DNA of 64,000 bases from positions 1,597 through 65,596 of IMG/VR virus record IMGVR_UViG_3300009506_000023; one strand, given 5' to 3'. The DNA is from a virus. Position numbers and translations under genes: made by a program. Under the pieces are notes generated by a model, which worked only from the letters and a program-made list of their open reading frames with translations, was not told the origin of the DNA and ran no database searches. The first letter of the stretch is position 1. Every line of letters begins with the position of its first letter. Of the stretch, positions 1-9,978 are shown in pieces.

Positions 1-2
1 GG

Positions 3-803
3 GCAAAAGATGCAAGGCTTATTCATGATCACCCATTTAGAGATGCTCAATACATAGATGATGATTATAGAAAAGTCTATTCTGATGAGACAACGAGACA
101 TGATATAAAACTTTTTATTAATAGAAAAAAAGCAAGGGGTTATTTCAAACTTGGGATAGGATTCCCATTAACTGATATTAAGGTTTATTCATCATTTATG
201 ATTTCTTGGACTTTGATGCATAAACCTGAATATACATTGTTAATGCCTGCTTCGCCAGGCACTTTAGAAGTTATCAGGAATAATCTGGTTGTGCAATCGT
301 TAAGGGAGTATTGCACCCATCTTCTTATGATGGACACAGATCAGACATATCCAGTGGATGTTGTCACGAAGCTGCTGAGTCATGAGAAGGATGTTGTGGC
401 GGTTAATGTCCATAGAAGGTATCCGCCATTTGATTCAATATTGTATCGTGGAGAGCTTGGCAATTATCATCATGTACCAGATGATGAGTGCTTCTCAGGC
501 AAGCTTATAGAGATCGATGCCACGGGTTGCGGGTGCATATTGTATAACACAGATGTTTTTCTTGATATACCTCATCCTTGGTTTGAAGTTTATAGGATGA
601 GTGATGGCAGAGTTGTAGGAGAGGACATTGATTTCTGTAGCAAGATAAAAGACGCAGGGTATAATATTTATGCGGATACGTCCATTAAGGTTGGGCATAT
701 ATCGACTATGGAAATAACCAGAAGCTTTTACGAACTCTATAAAAAAGTTAAAGGGTTGGAGTGGAGACCACCACCCGAACCCGCAAACCCAAGTAATCTT
801 TAA
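3..803 (+). CDS. Glycosyltransferase family 2-like protein (5' partial; frame open to window edge)
   Basis: Frame 3 is open from nt 3 through the ATG at 198. Motifs LMMDTDQTYP (DxD-like) and GEDIDFCSKIKDAGYNIY resemble the GT2 EDxDxC motif. Confidence 0.5.
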   Translation, partial: AKDARLIHDHPFRDAQYIDDDYRKVYSDETTRHDIKLFINRKKARGYFKLGIGFPLTDIKVYSSFMISWTLMHKPEYTLLMPASPGTLEVIRNNLVVQSLREYCTHLLMMDTDQTYPVDVVTKLLSHEKDVVAVNVHRRYPPFDSILYRGELGNYHHVPDDECFSGKLIEIDATGCGCILYNTDVFLDIPHPWFEVYRMSDGRVVGEDIDFCSKIKDAGYNIYADTSIKVGHISTMEITRSFYELYKKVKGLEWRPPPEPANPSNL

Positions 804-817
804 CTTGGAGGTGAAAG

Positions 818-1273
818 ATGGCTGTAAAAGTTGGTTATAAGGGGAAAGTTGCCCTTGGAGCGGATACGATTGTTGGCATGGGCACATGGTCTATGAGTGG
901 TATTACTGCTGATCAAATGGAATCATCTGACTTCGGAGACAACTGGAAACAGTATGAATTCGGTATGAAAGACGGTGGTCAGGTATCATTTGATGGTCTT
1001 CTCGACCCAGCAGATACTACAGGCCAACAAGCCCTACAGAAAGCCAACCTTGACAACACAGATTTGACAAGTCTAAGGCTTTATATTGATAACACTTCCT
1101 ACTATGAGCCCTGTCAGTCTACAGGGTACTTCGCACCTGGTTCTTTATCTACAGGTCAGGATACGATTTATTCTTATGTCAATGTTACGTCTTATGATAT
1201 AGGCTTGGATAAGTCTGGGCTTGGTACAATCTCTTTTACAGGGAAAGTATCAGGTGTCATGGTTTTGATTTAA
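818..1273 (+). CDS. Phage major tail (tube) protein
   Basis: 151 aa and Gly/Ser/Thr-rich. RBS GGAGGTG upstream. Sits directly before the chaperone-frameshift pair and the tape measure gene, a conserved siphovirus gene order. Confidence 0.55.
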   Translation: MAVKVGYKGKVALGADTIVGMGTWSMSGITADQMESSDFGDNWKQYEFGMKDGGQVSFDGLLDPADTTGQQALQKANLDNTDLTSLRLYIDNTSYYEPCQSTGYFAPGSLSTGQDTIYSYVNVTSYDIGLDKSGLGTISFTGKVSGVMVLI

Positions 1274-1280
1274 TGTAAGC

Positions 1281-1363
1281 ATGTGCGGGATTAGGCACTA
1301 GGCAAGGGTGGCCCTGGTGTCCTTTATTATGGTTATAGCCCCTTCCATTTTAATCCCGCACAT
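1281..1363 (+). terminator. Inverted repeat with a 13-bp perfect stem (atgtgcgggatta / taatcccgcacat) and a ~57-nt loop between the major tail and chaperone genes
   Basis: Exact reverse-complement arms at 1281-1293 and 1351-1363. Aaggggctt repeats follow. Confidence 0.35.
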
Positions 1364-1398
1364 TACCCAAAGGGGCTTAACCTTTAACAATAAGGGGC

Positions 1399-1809
1399 TT
1401 GGATATCATGAAATTTGATCTTGAAAATTTAAACCCAGGTACATTCTTCCCATTTCCTGAAGAGGATGGTGAAGGTGGCGTAACGATTCGCTTGGCAAGT
1501 GGAGATGAGCTTACAAAGATTGAGAAAGCTTGTGTAAAGAAGAAATTTGAGTACAAGAAAAATCAGAGGTTTGAGGTCATTGAAGAGGATGATCAAAAAA
1601 GAAGCAAGATGCTTTGGGATTATGTAATCTGTGATTGGGAAGGAATCACTGATATGAATGGCAATGAGATTCCTTGTAATACAGCGAATAAGATCAAGCT
1701 TATGCAAAATTCAACAAAGTTCTCGACATTTGTAGGTGAATGTATATCTGTTCTTACTGAACAGATGGATGAATATAGGGGAGAACTGGAAAAAAACTTT
1801 TCGAGGTAG
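1399..1809 (+). CDS. Tail assembly chaperone (gpG-like)
   Basis: 136 aa and acidic, immediately upstream of the TMP. The ORF ends just after the slippery A AAA AAC heptamer. Confidence 0.6.
   Translation: MDIMKFDLENLNPGTFFPFPEEDGEGGVTIRLASGDELTKIEKACVKKKFEYKKNQRFEVIEEDDQKRSKMLWDYVICDWEGITDMNGNEIPCNTANKIKLMQNSTKFSTFVGECISVLTEQMDEYRGELEKNFSR
1791..1797 (+). promoter_or_regulatory. Programmed -1 ribosomal frameshift site (A AAA AAC) giving a G-T-like fusion of 1399..1797 with 1797..2165
   Basis: The heptamer is in the X XXY YYZ register of ORF 1399. The -1 frame continues without a stop into the 1863..2165 ORF, which shares that frame (checked codon by codon). This matches the conserved chaperone frameshift upstream of the TMP. 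Confidence 0.5.
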
Positions 1810-1862
1810 CCGAGAGGCTACAAGATAAGCCAGATTGTGATCTCTGTATAGAAACTTGGAAG

Positions 1863-2165
1863 ATGTATGGTAAAACCCCTAAATGTGATGCTTGTATACC
1901 TGAGCTAATGGAGGGGAATGAGGAAGTTTTACAAGTCTTCCTAAGAGTTCAAGGGCAGCATATAATGGGTTCATCTGGCCCAGTTGACTTGAATTTCCAG
2001 TCTGTAGAGTTTGTGCTGAACCTAATGGGAGTAGAAAATAAGAGAGAAGTTTTTGAAAGAGTTCATAAAGTGTATAGGCATATTTTAGATTTACAATACA
2101 AAGAGGCTGAGCACAAGAAGGCTTTGGAGAAAGCCAGCCAGCCTAAAGGCAGGTTCAGGAAATGA
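1863..2165 (+). CDS. gpT-like extension of the tail assembly chaperone, probably made only by frameshift
   Basis: Frame 0 ORF that is reachable by a -1 slip from ORF 1399. Its stop overlaps the TMP start at 2162. Confidence 0.45.
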   Translation: MYGKTPKCDACIPELMEGNEEVLQVFLRVQGQHIMGSSGPVDLNFQSVEFVLNLMGVENKREVFERVHKVYRHILDLQYKEAEHKKALEKASQPKGRFRK

Positions 2166-5100
2166 GAGTTGGCGTAGCATATGTAGATGTTAGAGTCAAC
2201 ACTACACAATTTAGAACTGATTTAAATAATCTTGAAAATTTAGCTAGGGGTGCGACAACACGAGTAAATGCTGAACTATCAAAGATGGGTGTTGGTCTTT
2301 CTAGTGTTGGCACAGCAAGCAGAACAACGGCAGCTGGCATGGATCAGGTAGCAACTGCTGCTACAAGACAAAGTAAAAGCTTTACTGGTCTACTTCCACA
2401 TGTTGCTGCTGTTACTGCTTCGTATATGGCTATGCGTACTGCTTGGAGAGGGCTTATATCTGCTATAGGGGCTGGCGTCGAATTTGAACAAAAGATGTCT
2501 GCTGTTAAAGCTATAACAAGATCAACAGAAGAGTCTTTTCAAGAACTTACTGTTACAGCAAGAACTATGGCTGCTCAGACAGTATTCACTGCTACAGAAA
2601 CTGCTGAGGCACTCAGATATTTAGCTATGGCTGGATTTAGTGTACGTGAATCAATAGCTGCCCTGCCTGGAGTCCTAAACCTTGCCTTAATTGGCCAACT
2701 TGAACTTCAAAGAGCTACAGATATTGCTACTGACACTCTTCGTGCTTTCGGAATGGAAGCAAGCGACCTTGATAAAGTCGTTGATGTTTTTACAGCAACT
2801 ATTACCAGAACAAATACAAATATTGAGATGATGGGGCAGTCTATGAAATTTGCTGCTCCAGTTGCTAAGAGTCTTGGTTATGAAATAGAGTCTGTTGCTG
2901 CCATGATAGGCATTTTGTCTCAATCTGGTATTAAGGCTGGTATTGCTGGTAGAACTCTCCAACAAGCATTTATTAGGACTATGGATGCTGCCAGAGGTCT
3001 TGGATTAGAAGTCGGCTCTAAGCTTATTGATGTCCTTAAGGCATACAATAAACAACAAGCTGTACTTGAAGGCCAGATAGGTAAGGTTGCTGCTCAAGAA
3101 AAGATTGCTATGCAGATAAAGAAGGACTATGGTCTCATAGCATTGAAGAGCATACTTGTTCTTAAAGACAATATTGATGCATATGAGAAGTTAGAAGAGG
3201 CAGCAAGGAAATCTTCTGGAGAAACACAGAGAGCAGTTGATATAATGATGCAGAATGTTGATTCTGCTTGGAAACTTGTAAAATCTGCTGTTCAGGAAAT
3301 CTCAATAAACATATTCTCAGAATATGGTGATACAATAAGATCATTTCTCGAAGACACAGCAATGTGGTTCAGAGAGAACAAAGATGGTATAACTGAATTA
3401 GCTACTGGGTTTATCACTGGTATAAGCTCAATGATAGATATTATTGGTAGCATAGGAACACCATTAGCATCACTTTTTAGACATCTTTGGGATATTCTAA
3501 GTATATCAGACTCGCTCCCGCCTCACGTTATTGGTGCTGGTGGTATTGGCATGATTGCTTGGATACTTGGTGGGCCAGTATTAGGTGGAGTGGCACTTGG
3601 AATTGCTGGAGTAGATGCTGCTTTGAGAAGTGCTAATTTAAGTATTGGGGATTTATGGAATTATGCTGATGAAAAGATTAGTAACTGGCTGATAGATATA
3701 GCAAGAGGATTGGCTGGATTAGATGAGCCAGGACAGAAGGCTTCTACATCAGTAAGGGGGGTTATAGGTGAGATTGATAACTTGAATGATACTGATGTAG
3801 CAGCTTGGGGGAACAAATGGGCAGAGGCTGCTAGTGATTTCCAATCGGATTCTAGAGAAGTGTCCAACCACTTTCTTGTTATGAAAGCATCAGCTGAAGA
3901 ATTTGCTTCTGCTGCTCCAGATGTCAAGAAGGCTTTTTTTGATGCTCTTGCCCTTGAAGAATATAAACTTAAAACAGAGAAATTTTTTGCTGGATTAAAA
4001 CCATATCTTGTTGAGAAGTATGGAGATGCTGCTGGAGCTGCAATGAAGGCTGGCATGAATGCCATGATTAAGGAGTATAAGGCTGCTGTAAAAGAAGCTG
4101 AGAAAGCTGTTAGTGACCATGAGAAATTTGTACAAAAGACAAATGACATGATCATTAAGGATGAAGGTGATAAGTATGATGTTCTAATAAAGGCTGCTGA
4201 AAAGCACAGAGATGACCTGCTTAAAATACTCAAAGATGGTACAGAACAACAGAAAAAAATACTTATAGAAGCAGGTCTAACAGAAGAAAAGATTATAAAA
4301 GATACAATTGATAGAACAACAATACTTAGAAAACAACAGATAGAGGCTGCTCACGATGCTATTGTATCAGCTTTAGCTGATATTGATAAGATGGCTGTTG
4401 GCGTTGATAAGAAAGCCATAGCTGATATGAAAGCAGTAGTAGATGCCAAAAAAGACCTCCTTAAACAGCTTACCATAGCAGACACTCAATATTTTGATCT
4501 CAAGAAGCAAATTCTTGATGAAGAATATGCTATTGCTATGATGGAGCATAAAACTGAAGCTGAGGCAGCTGCCTTAACTGCTGCATATCATAAGGCAAGT
4601 ATAGAGCTTATGAAAGAAAAGACCCTTGCTCATGGTTCTATGTTAGAAGGCATGATAATAGGCTTACAGGATTATCAAGAACAAGCCCAGATAACTTGGG
4701 GTGAGCAAGGATACAAGCTTGTAACTAATTATATAGGCTATGTAGAAGATGCTTTTAAGGGAACTTTCAAAGACGCCATCCACGGGAATTTCGACGACAT
4801 CGGAAAGCACTGGTCTGATGTCTGGGATAAGATGGTTGACGACTTTGAAAATGCCCTTATTGAGATGGCTGCTAAATGGGCAGTATCCAAGCTTATTCAG
4901 ATACTTACTGGTCAAGGTGAAGGCACATTCTTAGGCTCCATAGGTGGTATAATAAGCAAGATAACAGGAGTTGGTGGAGAAAAAGAATCAATAGCTGGAG
5001 CCTTTGGCTCATTAGGTAGTGGCCTATCAGAAAAAGGGGAAGGGACACTTCTTGGTAGCCTAACTGGTATATCTGATTCTGTTGCTGGAGATGAAGGGTC

Positions 5101-7222
5101 GATACTTGGAGCAGTAGGGCAAGTTACTGATAAACTGTTAGGAGAAGGATCAGGTACACTTCTTGGCTCTTTCGGCATAATCCATGAGAAAAACGAAGAG
5201 GTGATGGGAGAGATCACCTATGGCTCGACAACAACAGCGGAAGGTGTATGCGGTCTATTCTCAAAAGCATTTGGTTGGATAGGGGATGCTGCTGTAAAAC
5301 TCTGGGGGGATGTTAAAGGTGGTTTCGTTGCTATTTGGAACTGGGTATCTAATGCTACAGGAATAACATTTGAAAATGTTAAAATCTATGCTGGAAAAGT
5401 ATGGGACTGGATAAGTGAAGGTGCCAGCAAATTATGGAATTGGCTTACTTCAAGTGCTGGAGAAACTTTTGGTGGAATATCTGGTGCTGCGAGTGGGTTA
5501 TGGGATTGGATATCATCTAGTGCATCAAGCATATGGAACTTTTTATCATCAGGATTTAGCTCTATTATCAGCTCAATAACCAGTGGTTTAAGTAGCTTAT
5601 GGGACTGGATATCAAAGTCTGCCAGTGGAGTTTGGGATTGGCTTGGAGATGGTCTTAGTAGTATTCTTAGTGGGATGACCAGTGGCTTCGGAAGTATGTG
5701 GGACTGGATAACCGAAGGTACATCAGGGGTATTTGATTGGCTTGGTGACGGTGCCTCAAGTCTTTGGGATTCTCTATCAGGAGGGTTTAGTGAATTATTT
5801 GGTGATATTGGCAGCAGTGGATCAGATCTGTTTGGTGGTGTTGGTGAAGCAGCAAAAAGTCTTTTTAATTTTCTTGGTGGTGGTGCTGAAAAGATTTATA
5901 ATTCTGTAGCGGATGCAGCAGGAAAGATATTCCGTGGCATAGCAGGTTCTGGTTCTGGCATGTTCGACTCTATGGTAAGTGCTGCCAGAAAGACCTATAA
6001 TTCAATAGTTAGCATTCTTAGTGGTGGTGGAGGCAGTGCTGGTGATATATGGTCTGGAGGTGGCATTGGAGGGGTTGATATTGGTGGAATTGCTGGTGAT
6101 ATAGCCAGCCAAATCTTATCAACTGGTAGGATAGATGTTGGTGCAACAATCAATAGCATAGGCTCATCTTATGTATATGATCAAATTGGTGGTGCAATAT
6201 CTAGTGCTGTTGGAAGCATACTTGGTGGTAGTGCACTGAGTAGTGGTGCGGTTGCATTACAAACTGGTGCTCCAGCAGCTCTCGGAAGTGCTTATGGTGC
6301 TATATCTGGCACTGGAGCTGGAGCAGGTGGGACATTAGCAGGAGGAGCTACTGCAGCAGGTTATTCTGCTATGAGTATTCTTGGGCCAGTAGCAGCCGCA
6401 GCGACTATATCTCAATGGGGGCCATCAACACTTGGCCCAATAGCTGAAGCAATAGGTTCTGTATTTGGTATGGGAAAAACTACTGCTCCATCGACACTTG
6501 ATTGGACAGAGGCTTGGCTTTTAGGCGTACCATCTGGAACTGATATAGGGTATGGTCAATTAATGCCAGAAACACCAAGTTATTACAACTTTGCGTCATG
6601 GATCGGTGCTTCACCTGGTAGCGGTGTTACAGTATTAAGAGATGCATCTGGTAAAAGTTTAATTGATTATCTTGAAGCCAAAGATTATCAGAAGCTTTTA
6701 GATATAGGGTATTTAGTTGATGTTACAGGCACTTCTTCTGCCAGTGGACCATCAGCTGATGTAATACCAAACATGCCTGGAAAACAAGTCATATCTCCTT
6801 GGTTTGATAGTAGTAGTTGGATAGGGGTAGAAGATATGAGTTGGGCTGGCGAAGGTGCTCAATCAGGTGGTGTTATAAAGTCTGTCCTCAAGGGTCTAGG
6901 GATACCAAGAGGGGAGGATGGGCTAATAGGAGTCCAGATTGGTGAGGGTGTAGTAAGCAGAAGAGGCATGAAAACTCTTGATCAGATAAATACAGGAGAA
7001 TTTGCTAATTCAATAAGAGAGTCAATAAAAGAAGCCTTTAGTGAATTTGTCGGAGAATTTGGAAGTGAATTTTCTTCTCAAGGAGGTGGAGATTTGCACC
7101 TACATGTGAAGATTGATGGGAAAGAAATCGGTTATGCTGTAGCAAAACAGTATCGTTCTAATTTTGAGTTAATAGAGGCAACTAAGAGAGTAACAAGAAA
7201 ACAGGCACATAAGTATAATTAG
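2162..7222 (+). CDS. Tail tape measure protein
   Basis: 1686 aa. N-terminal core resembles the TMP core domain (MSAVKAITRSTEES...TATETAEALRYLAMAGF...GQSMKFAAPVAKSLGYEIESVAAMIGILSQSGIKAGIAGRTLQQAF). Long coiled-coil middle, a W-repeat block and a Gly-rich C-terminus. Confidence 0.9.
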   Translation: MRVGVAYVDVRVNTTQFRTDLNNLENLARGATTRVNAELSKMGVGLSSVGTASRTTAAGMDQVATAATRQSKSFTGLLPHVAAVTASYMAMRTAWRGLISAIGAGVEFEQKMSAVKAITRSTEESFQELTVTARTMAAQTVFTATETAEALRYLAMAGFSVRESIAALPGVLNLALIGQLELQRATDIATDTLRAFGMEASDLDKVVDVFTATITRTNTNIEMMGQSMKFAAPVAKSLGYEIESVAAMIGILSQSGIKAGIAGRTLQQAFIRTMDAARGLGLEVGSKLIDVLKAYNKQQAVLEGQIGKVAAQEKIAMQIKKDYGLIALKSILVLKDNIDAYEKLEEAARKSSGETQRAVDIMMQNVDSAWKLVKSAVQEISINIFSEYGDTIRSFLEDTAMWFRENKDGITELATGFITGISSMIDIIGSIGTPLASLFRHLWDILSISDSLPPHVIGAGGIGMIAWILGGPVLGGVALGIAGVDAALRSANLSIGDLWNYADEKISNWLIDIARGLAGLDEPGQKASTSVRGVIGEIDNLNDTDVAAWGNKWAEAASDFQSDSREVSNHFLVMKASAEEFASAAPDVKKAFFDALALEEYKLKTEKFFAGLKPYLVEKYGDAAGAAMKAGMNAMIKEYKAAVKEAEKAVSDHEKFVQKTNDMIIKDEGDKYDVLIKAAEKHRDDLLKILKDGTEQQKKILIEAGLTEEKIIKDTIDRTTILRKQQIEAAHDAIVSALADIDKMAVGVDKKAIADMKAVVDAKKDLLKQLTIADTQYFDLKKQILDEEYAIAMMEHKTEAEAAALTAAYHKASIELMKEKTLAHGSMLEGMIIGLQDYQEQAQITWGEQGYKLVTNYIGYVEDAFKGTFKDAIHGNFDDIGKHWSDVWDKMVDDFENALIEMAAKWAVSKLIQILTGQGEGTFLGSIGGIISKITGVGGEKESIAGAFGSLGSGLSEKGEGTLLGSLTGISDSVAGDEGSILGAVGQVTDKLLGEGSGTLLGSFGIIHEKNEEVMGEITYGSTTTAEGVCGLFSKAFGWIGDAAVKLWGDVKGGFVAIWNWVSNATGITFENVKIYAGKVWDWISEGASKLWNWLTSSAGETFGGISGAASGLWDWISSSASSIWNFLSSGFSSIISSITSGLSSLWDWISKSASGVWDWLGDGLSSILSGMTSGFGSMWDWITEGTSGVFDWLGDGASSLWDSLSGGFSELFGDIGSSGSDLFGGVGEAAKSLFNFLGGGAEKIYNSVADAAGKIFRGIAGSGSGMFDSMVSAARKTYNSIVSILSGGGGSAGDIWSGGGIGGVDIGGIAGDIASQILSTGRIDVGATINSIGSSYVYDQIGGAISSAVGSILGGSALSSGAVALQTGAPAALGSAYGAISGTGAGAGGTLAGGATAAGYSAMSILGPVAAAATISQWGPSTLGPIAEAIGSVFGMGKTTAPSTLDWTEAWLLGVPSGTDIGYGQLMPETPSYYNFASWIGASPGSGVTVLRDASGKSLIDYLEAKDYQKLLDIGYLVDVTGTSSASGPSADVIPNMPGKQVISPWFDSSSWIGVEDMSWAGEGAQSGGVIKSVLKGLGIPRGEDGLIGVQIGEGVVSRRGMKTLDQINTGEFANSIRESIKEAFSEFVGEFGSEFSSQGGGDLHLHVKIDGKEIGYAVAKQYRSNFELIEATKRVTRKQAHKYN
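5300..5960 (+). repeat. Tryptophan-repeat block inside the TMP (11-residue period, LWDWIS/VWDWLG type, about 18 units)
   Basis: Translated repeats include VWDWISEGASKLWNWLTSSAG..GLWDWISSSASSIWNFLSS..LWDWISKSASGVWDWLGDG..MWDWITEGTSGVFDWLGDGASSLWDSLSGGFSELFGDIG. Confidence 0.6.
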
Positions 7223-7249
7223 GGGGTGATATAAATTAGTGCTAAAGAG

Positions 7250-8887
7250 ATGTATGATTATTTATCGGGTACTCAACCAGATAGCTTTATTACTCTTTCT
7301 GTTAGCCCATCATATATTGAAGAATTTGCTTATAAGAATCAATCTATTATAAGGTGTGATGATTTAACAGAAGAGGTAATATCAGCATCAGATGATCCAT
7401 TCTTTACTGTAAATCTTGGCTGGAATGTTAAGAGTGAGTCAGACTCTGGAACAATCATGGATTTCTGGCTCAGCCTTAGTAGAGGAAATGGTATAAAGAA
7501 CAGTTTTCTATGGACTCATAATTATGACGGATATACTTATGTTGTAAAGTTTGCTTCTGCTATGACAAGAAGCCTTCTAACCTCATCAATCTTTAGACCT
7601 GCCAATTTTACACTCAGAGTCTTAGGCTATTGCTCAGCAGAATATTATCTGTATTATGATTTAGATGAGCAGACAGGTAGCTTTACTGCTGGAAATACTA
7701 TATATGGTGCTACATCAGGTGAATCTGCTGTTATAGAATCTGTTGATACAACTAATGGCAGATTATGGATAACATCAATATCTGGTAGCTTTACTAATGG
7801 TGAAATAATATATGAGGATGCCTATAGCAGTAATATCTTAAGTAATGGCGGGTTCGATGATGATAGCTATTGGTCTTATGATACAGGGATATCAATAGCA
7901 GGTGGAGTGGCTGTTTTTAATGGTGTCGCCTATACTGATCAGATATATCAAACTGTAAATTACCAAAAAGTTGGTGTTTTTTATAAAGTAGAATATACAG
8001 TTTCTAATTATACTATTGGGTCAATAATTGTTACTGGAGGATTTGTACATGCTGATAGTAATGGGACATTTACTGACCTATATGAAGCAGATCAGACAAC
8101 GTTTGCTATGTATGCATCAAATTTTGGTGGTGTAACGACTTTAGACCTTGATGATGTATCTTTGAAACAAATATTAAATGCTTCTACTGCCATTGGCACA
8201 AATACCTCTCCAGCAGCATATTATCTCTCTTATGACGAACCAACAGGAGAGTTTTCACCTGGTAATACAATATATGGTGCTTCATCTGGTGCATCCGCCA
8301 AGGTGGAACGTGGAGATTATGATAATATGATGGTATTTCTTACTAACATATCTGGGACTTTTATTGATAATGAGATAATATATGAAGCAACTTACGGAGA
8401 TGATCTTCTTGATGGAGAAGGTAATATGGAAGTAGCAACAGATTTCAGCACTGATATTTATACACCAGATACGAATGAAAGAAGCTCTGATCATGCATAT
8501 GCTGGGACATATTCAAGGAAATTAGTTGTATCTGCTGATATTGGTGGTTGTATGTCAAGAACATTTGATGGTGACCCAATTGAAGAGGATTCTTTTTACT
8601 ACTTCACTGGGTATATATGGCCTGTTGACAACCAATCTGCTCACATAACATGTGATTTTGGCACAGACTGGTATTCAAAGACTATTGGTGGATTATCGTT
8701 AGGGCAGTGGAATAGCTTTACATGGATATTACAAGCGAATGTTGAGCACTTTACAGCAATAGATGGTAGTGGAAGAGTTGGCTTTCAGTCATACCCTTTT
8801 TCAGCTGGAACATGGTATGGGGATAATTTTAGAGTGTATAAAATAACAAATGCTGCTTTTGTAAATGGGGCGTTAACAGCTATATGA
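7250..8887 (+). CDS. Tail protein (distal tail or baseplate candidate) with two copies of a ~70-aa module
   Basis: 545 aa, directly after the TMP. Internal repeats are YYLYYDLDEQTGSFTAGNTIYGATSGESAVIES..GEIIYEDAY and YYLSYDEPTGEFSPGNTIYGASSGASAKVER..NEIIYEATYGDDLL. N-terminus and C-terminus (KITNAAFVNGALTAI) are paralogous to ORF 8884. Confidence 0.4.
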   Translation: MYDYLSGTQPDSFITLSVSPSYIEEFAYKNQSIIRCDDLTEEVISASDDPFFTVNLGWNVKSESDSGTIMDFWLSLSRGNGIKNSFLWTHNYDGYTYVVKFASAMTRSLLTSSIFRPANFTLRVLGYCSAEYYLYYDLDEQTGSFTAGNTIYGATSGESAVIESVDTTNGRLWITSISGSFTNGEIIYEDAYSSNILSNGGFDDDSYWSYDTGISIAGGVAVFNGVAYTDQIYQTVNYQKVGVFYKVEYTVSNYTIGSIIVTGGFVHADSNGTFTDLYEADQTTFAMYASNFGGVTTLDLDDVSLKQILNASTAIGTNTSPAAYYLSYDEPTGEFSPGNTIYGASSGASAKVERGDYDNMMVFLTNISGTFIDNEIIYEATYGDDLLDGEGNMEVATDFSTDIYTPDTNERSSDHAYAGTYSRKLVVSADIGGCMSRTFDGDPIEEDSFYYFTGYIWPVDNQSAHITCDFGTDWYSKTIGGLSLGQWNSFTWILQANVEHFTAIDGSGRVGFQSYPFSAGTWYGDNFRVYKITNAAFVNGALTAI

Positions 8888-9978
8888 CTACAAAATATTT
8901 ATATGATTATCTCTCTGCAGCTGTGCCTGATGTTATACAGGTACTTGATGTAACACCTACAACTATAGATGAAACATTTTCTAAATCCCAGAGAAGAATA
9001 GGTGGCGATGATTTATCTGAAATTGTATATTCTTTTTCAGATAGTCCAATATTAACTGCTACTATGAGATGGGACGTAAGGAATGCCTCAGACTCTGGGA
9101 TAATATTTGATTTTTGGTTAGACTCGAATAAAGCTAATGGTGCGGCAAATAAATTTATATGGACTCATCCTCATGATGGATATAATTATGTAGCTAGAAT
9201 GAGTAGCAATATCTCCAGAGGGATAATGATGCCAGGGTTGTTCCAGCCATCAGATTTAGCTTTGCATGTAATTGGCTATATTGAAAGTGGATATTATTTA
9301 AACTTTGATAATAAAACAGGTGGTTTTACTGCTGGGAATATTATTTATGGTGTTACATCTGAGGCATCAGCAACAATAGAAGCTGCAGATAATATTAATG
9401 ATAGACTTCTTCTAACTGATATAATTGGCACTTTTCAGGATGATGAAATAATATATGAGACTAGTTATAGCGATGAGATTTTAACTGATCCAAACATTGA
9501 ATTATGGGTTGGTGATGACCCTGATTATTGGGGAGATTATGGGTCTCCTACAGTTGTGAAGGAGTCTTCAACTGTTCAATCTGGATCATATAGTCTTAAA
9601 TTTACAGTTAATAGTGAATACGATGGTGTCCAGACTGCTCTCCCAGCAGGAGAATTAGAGCTAACTCCTGGGTGTTTTTATATTTCTTCATTTTATATAT
9701 ATGGTGATGGAACAAATGGAGTTTTGGCAAGATTTGTTATGGTAAATGGCGGTACGAGTTATGAGTATTTTAGTGATATGGGTGCTGGTGATGATTACAT
9801 ACCAGCTGCATCTTGGACACAACATTCACTTATTTTTTATAATGAGAATGGTACAAGTGGTGGCTTACAAATAATTGGTGACACAGGTGAAAATACTGGT
9901 ACACACTATGTTGACACAACATCTCTTAAAAAGATAACAAATGCTGCACTTGTCAATGGCACATTAACTAGTTTATAA
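8884..9978 (+). CDS. Tail protein, paralog of 7250..8887
   Basis: 364 aa. Paralogous N-terminus (LYDYLS..DFWL..WTH.YDGY.YV), one copy of the ~70-aa module (YYLNFDNKTGGFTAGNIIYGVTSEASATIEA..DEIIYETSYSDEIL) and a conserved C-terminus (KITNAALVNGTLTSL). Confidence 0.4.
   Translation: MTTKYLYDYLSAAVPDVIQVLDVTPTTIDETFSKSQRRIGGDDLSEIVYSFSDSPILTATMRWDVRNASDSGIIFDFWLDSNKANGAANKFIWTHPHDGYNYVARMSSNISRGIMMPGLFQPSDLALHVIGYIESGYYLNFDNKTGGFTAGNIIYGVTSEASATIEAADNINDRLLLTDIIGTFQDDEIIYETSYSDEILTDPNIELWVGDDPDYWGDYGSPTVVKESSTVQSGSYSLKFTVNSEYDGVQTALPAGELELTPGCFYISSFYIYGDGTNGVLARFVMVNGGTSYEYFSDMGAGDDYIPAASWTQHSLIFYNENGTSGGLQIIGDTGENTGTHYVDTTSLKKITNAALVNGTLTSL

Noticed and set aside
198-803. ATG at 198 as the start of the glycosyltransferase
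   Set aside because: The same frame is open upstream to the window edge and encodes sensible sequence (FPLTDIKVYSSF...), so the gene is 5'-truncated by the window.
3661-5217. Antisense ORFs within the TMP (3661..4233, 4664..4915, 4912..5217)
   Set aside because: They are opposite-strand shadows of a well-supported 1686-aa TMP gene.
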